Assembly (NCBI GenBank): GCA_040954595.2
Contig: CM082586.2
Location: 8,401,337 to 8,465,336, forward strand
Direction: 5' to 3'
DNA: 64,000 nt
Source: Balanoglossus misakiensis
Lineage: Eukaryota > Animalia > Hemichordata
Below the pieces are notes generated by a model that was not told where the DNA came from, ran no database searches, and was given only the letters and a program-made list of their open reading frames with translations. A program made the translations under genes and the position numbers. Below are positions 60,942-64,000 of this stretch, in pieces. The first letter of the stretch is position 1; each line of letters opens with the position of its first letter.

Positions 60942-62990
60942 GTGCATGGCCTTGTTTCACAGCTATCCCAGTTCGACTTTACAATTAAATATAGAGCGGG
61001 TCATCGAAACAAGAATGCAGATGCTCTAAGCAGACATCCCTGTCCTGAATATGAAACTGTACAACTTGTGGATGTGGAAGCCACATTATCGGAAGTGGCG
61101 TGTACCTCAGGTTTGCCTGCTGAACTTCGAACCAGTCTGGAAACTGCATTTGTCAAGGGTGTTGATAGCTGTGCCATGGAACTGGAAACGGTAACTTCTC
61201 TTCCGACTATTGAAAACTCAAACATGTCTAAACTGCAACATGATGATTCAATTATAGGGCAAGTGTGGAAATATTGGAAGTCTGGTCATCCACCCCATCT
61301 ACGTGAGCTCTTACAAGAAGAAAAATGTACGAGAAAGCTGCTGCGATATTGGTCTAAGCTACAGATGATAGATGATGTCTTATACAGGGTGATATACCAG
61401 GACGGGGAAAGGGTAACTCAACTATTGCTACCCGAATGTCTGAAGAAATTAGTATTGACGTCATTGCATGACAACACAGGACATCAGGGAATTGAACGCA
61501 CCCTATCTCTTGTAAGAAATAGATGTTACTGGCCAACTATGGTGAAAGATGTAAATAACTGGTGCAAGAAATGTGAAAGATGTTTACTAGCCAAACAGCC
61601 CTATCCGAAGGTCAAACCTCTGATGGGTACGATACGTGCATCTCAGCCATTTGATATTGTGGCAATGGACTTTACAGTATTGGAACCATCAACAGATGGA
61701 AGAGAGAATGTTCTCGTCATAACAGACGTATTCAGCAAATTTACACAGGCCATCCCAACCAAGGACCAGCGGGCTCGTACTGTTGCCAAAGTACTAGTGA
61801 AGGAGTGGTTTGTTCGATACGGAATTCCTCGCAGATTGCACAGTGACCAGGGGCGCAACTTCGAAAGTGACATCATACAAGAACTCTGTAAAATGTATGG
61901 CATTGAGAAGTCACGCACAACTCCTTATCATCCTGAAGGAAATGCCCAGTGCGAACATTTTAATCGAAGCATGCATGATCTTTTACGTACCCTTGGTGAT
62001 GACAAGAAAAGGAAATGGACAGAATATTTATCTGAACTGGTTTATATGTACAATGCAACTCCTCATTCATCCACAGGACTGTCTCCGCATTTCATTCTCT
62101 TTGGACAAGACCCAAGATTGCCAATTGACTATGTACTCCAAGGTGATGCGTCCTCGCATGAAGAAGACGATGTGGATGACTGGGTCAAAGGTCACAGAGA
62201 AAAACTCAGAGACACCTATGCAAAGGCCACAGCCAATATGAAGCGACGAACAGAGGCACGACAAGAGCGACATAACAGATGTGCAAAAGAAGCATCTATT
62301 CCAATCGGTGGGAGAGTATTTCTCAGAAACCGCAAAGTCAGAGGGAGAAATAAAATTCAGGATTTTTGGAATCATCTGCCCTATAAAGTGGTGTCTCGAC
62401 CTGATCCAAAGGGTAACGTGTATACTGTAATGTCTGTTGATGGAATGGGAAAATCCAAAACTGTACATAGGAATGAACTGCTCGACACAGGACAAGTCGT
62501 GGGTGAATCTGTGATTAAACTACCAGAACCGGGAGAAACCACATCTGAAAATGAGTTCGAACCAGAATCCAACTCTAGTAGTGATGATGATGTCCAATCG
62601 TATGTTTTTCATCTACCTCCTTGCAGTCGTCATGGTGATAGAGACTTTGTGGTACGTCCGGAAGTGCCTATCGAGGAAAACCAACGGAGACGAAGTCCAT
62701 ACAGAGCAGGGAAGCCTAGCAGGAATATGGCCGATACAGCTCCCACCACTCCACAAATCCACGAGACTTCAATGGAAACTGAACCGGAGGAACGACCGCC
62801 ACTTCGACGCTCCACAAGGTCAAACTTAGGAGAGAATCCCAATCCCCATAGACTTCCACGATCAGTCCTTCAACGTACAGTTTCTGGTGAGCCTGTTCCA
62901 GCCACAGTTGCCAAGCCATTTGACAATTTCAGTAAGGCAGTGTCTGAATCGGGGGATAACCTTGGACGTATTCTTCTGGAGGGGTGGTGA
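60942..62990 (+). CDS. Ty3/Gypsy pol C-terminal part (RNase H end, HHCC zinc finger, DDE integrase)
   Basis: IKYRAGHRNKNADALSR, H-x4-H..C-x2-C, MDF / HSDQG / NAQCE catalytic motifs, YNATPHSSTGLSP; ORF uninterrupted but lacks gag/PR/RT. Confidence 0.93.
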   Translation: MHGLVSQLSQFDFTIKYRAGHRNKNADALSRHPCPEYETVQLVDVEATLSEVACTSGLPAELRTSLETAFVKGVDSCAMELETVTSLPTIENSNMSKLQHDDSIIGQVWKYWKSGHPPHLRELLQEEKCTRKLLRYWSKLQMIDDVLYRVIYQDGERVTQLLLPECLKKLVLTSLHDNTGHQGIERTLSLVRNRCYWPTMVKDVNNWCKKCERCLLAKQPYPKVKPLMGTIRASQPFDIVAMDFTVLEPSTDGRENVLVITDVFSKFTQAIPTKDQRARTVAKVLVKEWFVRYGIPRRLHSDQGRNFESDIIQELCKMYGIEKSRTTPYHPEGNAQCEHFNRSMHDLLRTLGDDKKRKWTEYLSELVYMYNATPHSSTGLSPHFILFGQDPRLPIDYVLQGDASSHEEDDVDDWVKGHREKLRDTYAKATANMKRRTEARQERHNRCAKEASIPIGGRVFLRNRKVRGRNKIQDFWNHLPYKVVSRPDPKGNVYTVMSVDGMGKSKTVHRNELLDTGQVVGESVIKLPEPGETTSENEFEPESNSSSDDDVQSYVFHLPPCSRHGDRDFVVRPEVPIEENQRRRSPYRAGKPSRNMADTAPTTPQIHETSMETEPEERPPLRRSTRSNLGENPNPHRLPRSVLQRTVSGEPVPATVAKPFDNFSKAVSESGDNLGRILLEGW

Positions 62991-63744
62991 CAATCAATAA
63001 AATAAAAAAAAATCGTGGAATTTGAAATCTTTAAAAAAATTATAAATGTTTTTAGTGTGTGTTCGAGACGACACACACAGAGAAGGGAAGAATGTGACAA
63101 ATGAAATTAATCTTTTTGGGGGGATGTTTTGTTTTTGTTTCAATGGAGCCCTTTTCAATGACATTTTGATGACCGGTTATTGATCCTACATGTTCTGCGC
63201 ATGATAATTTACATATGCATCCCAGCCACCTGGTACACACTATAAAAGACCCTCAAATTTATGCCACGCGGTTCGTCATTTCATTTCGTTACGCACAACC
63301 GTGCGGTTCCGTGGTGGCTGTGCTGTGATATGGTCCGTAGACGACGGTGATTTTGGAGGCCTACTCCTCTCCGTTAACCTACAAAGTGGTGGGGTAAGTT
63401 TCCCTGTTAATGTTCTACCAGCATTTGTAAATTTTCGTAAGCCCGAACTTGAAATTTAATACCGTACAAACTCAGCTAAATGCATATAAACTCCTTGAAC
63501 TCGTTGTTGATGCGGACAGAATACGACAATTACATTTTTTTCATGAACGAATGGTTTAGTGTTGTATTTCAAATATTTACTGTAATTTTCTTTGTGCGAC
63601 AGGGTTTCTATGTATGTCCCCATGCGTGTCTATATTTTGGAATAACTCTTGGTTGCATACTGGAATATTGAGTGCTGTACGTTCCTTGGTCCGGGAGTGA
63701 CGTGTGGAATGAGCGACCCACATTGGAGTGAACCCTTGGTCACA
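60955..63744 (+). mobile_element. 5'-truncated Gypsy LTR retrotransposon
   Basis: Integrase ORF, then polypurine tract AGAGAAGGGAAGAA (63079-63092), then LTR. Confidence 0.88.
63093..63744 (+). repeat. 3' LTR of the Gypsy element (652 bp)
   Basis: Starts TGTGAC directly after the PPT, ends GTCACA (inverted termini), TATAAAAG at 63241. Confidence 0.75.
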
Positions 63745-64000
63745 TAAAGTTAAGGGAAAAAATCGAGAAAATTTTAAATGTTGCACCGCATATTGACAAA
63801 GAAAGGGTGGATAGGGCTGTGCTTCCATGCAGGTGGTCAGGGGAATGCAGAAAGAATAAAAACTTGTCAATTTCTGTGATAATGTATTCTTCTTTTAAAA
63901 TATGCATAAAAAATCAAACAATCATTGAACTGTCGTCCACTTTGAGCATTATGTTCCTTAGCAACTGTTTGCATGCCCGGCAATTGAATCCTTTGTTGGT

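Overview
AT-rich, intron-containing animal genomic DNA (the gene and repeat content suggests an invertebrate deuterostome such as a hemichordate; this is inference). By following GT-AG splice sites and codon phase by hand I reconstructed three intact genes. (1) A 9-exon Cys-loop anion-channel subunit (+, 14120-41207, 445 aa), GlyR/GABA-A-like but with a rewired ligand pocket. (2) A TRIM-NHL E3 ligase with an intronless CDS (-, 31580-33811, 743 aa), nested antisense in intron 3 of the channel. (3) A 25-exon adhesion GPCR (-, 47513-59388, 1041 aa) with C-type lectin, mucin, sushi-like, cbEGF, HormR, GAIN and 7TM domains, an apparently non-cleavable GPS and an RKRR furin site. The rest is TTAA (Kolobok-like) and TWA (Harbinger-like) MITEs, LINE fragments, microsatellites and a 5'-truncated Gypsy element (integrase plus 3' LTR). 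The most unusual non-coding signal is three sequence-divergent elements that share one architecture: an ATTGG..CACGTGAC motif, a short inverted-repeat module, and a long terminal hairpin with repeated TC-opposite-TC mismatches. One of them has its empty insertion site preserved elsewhere in the window.
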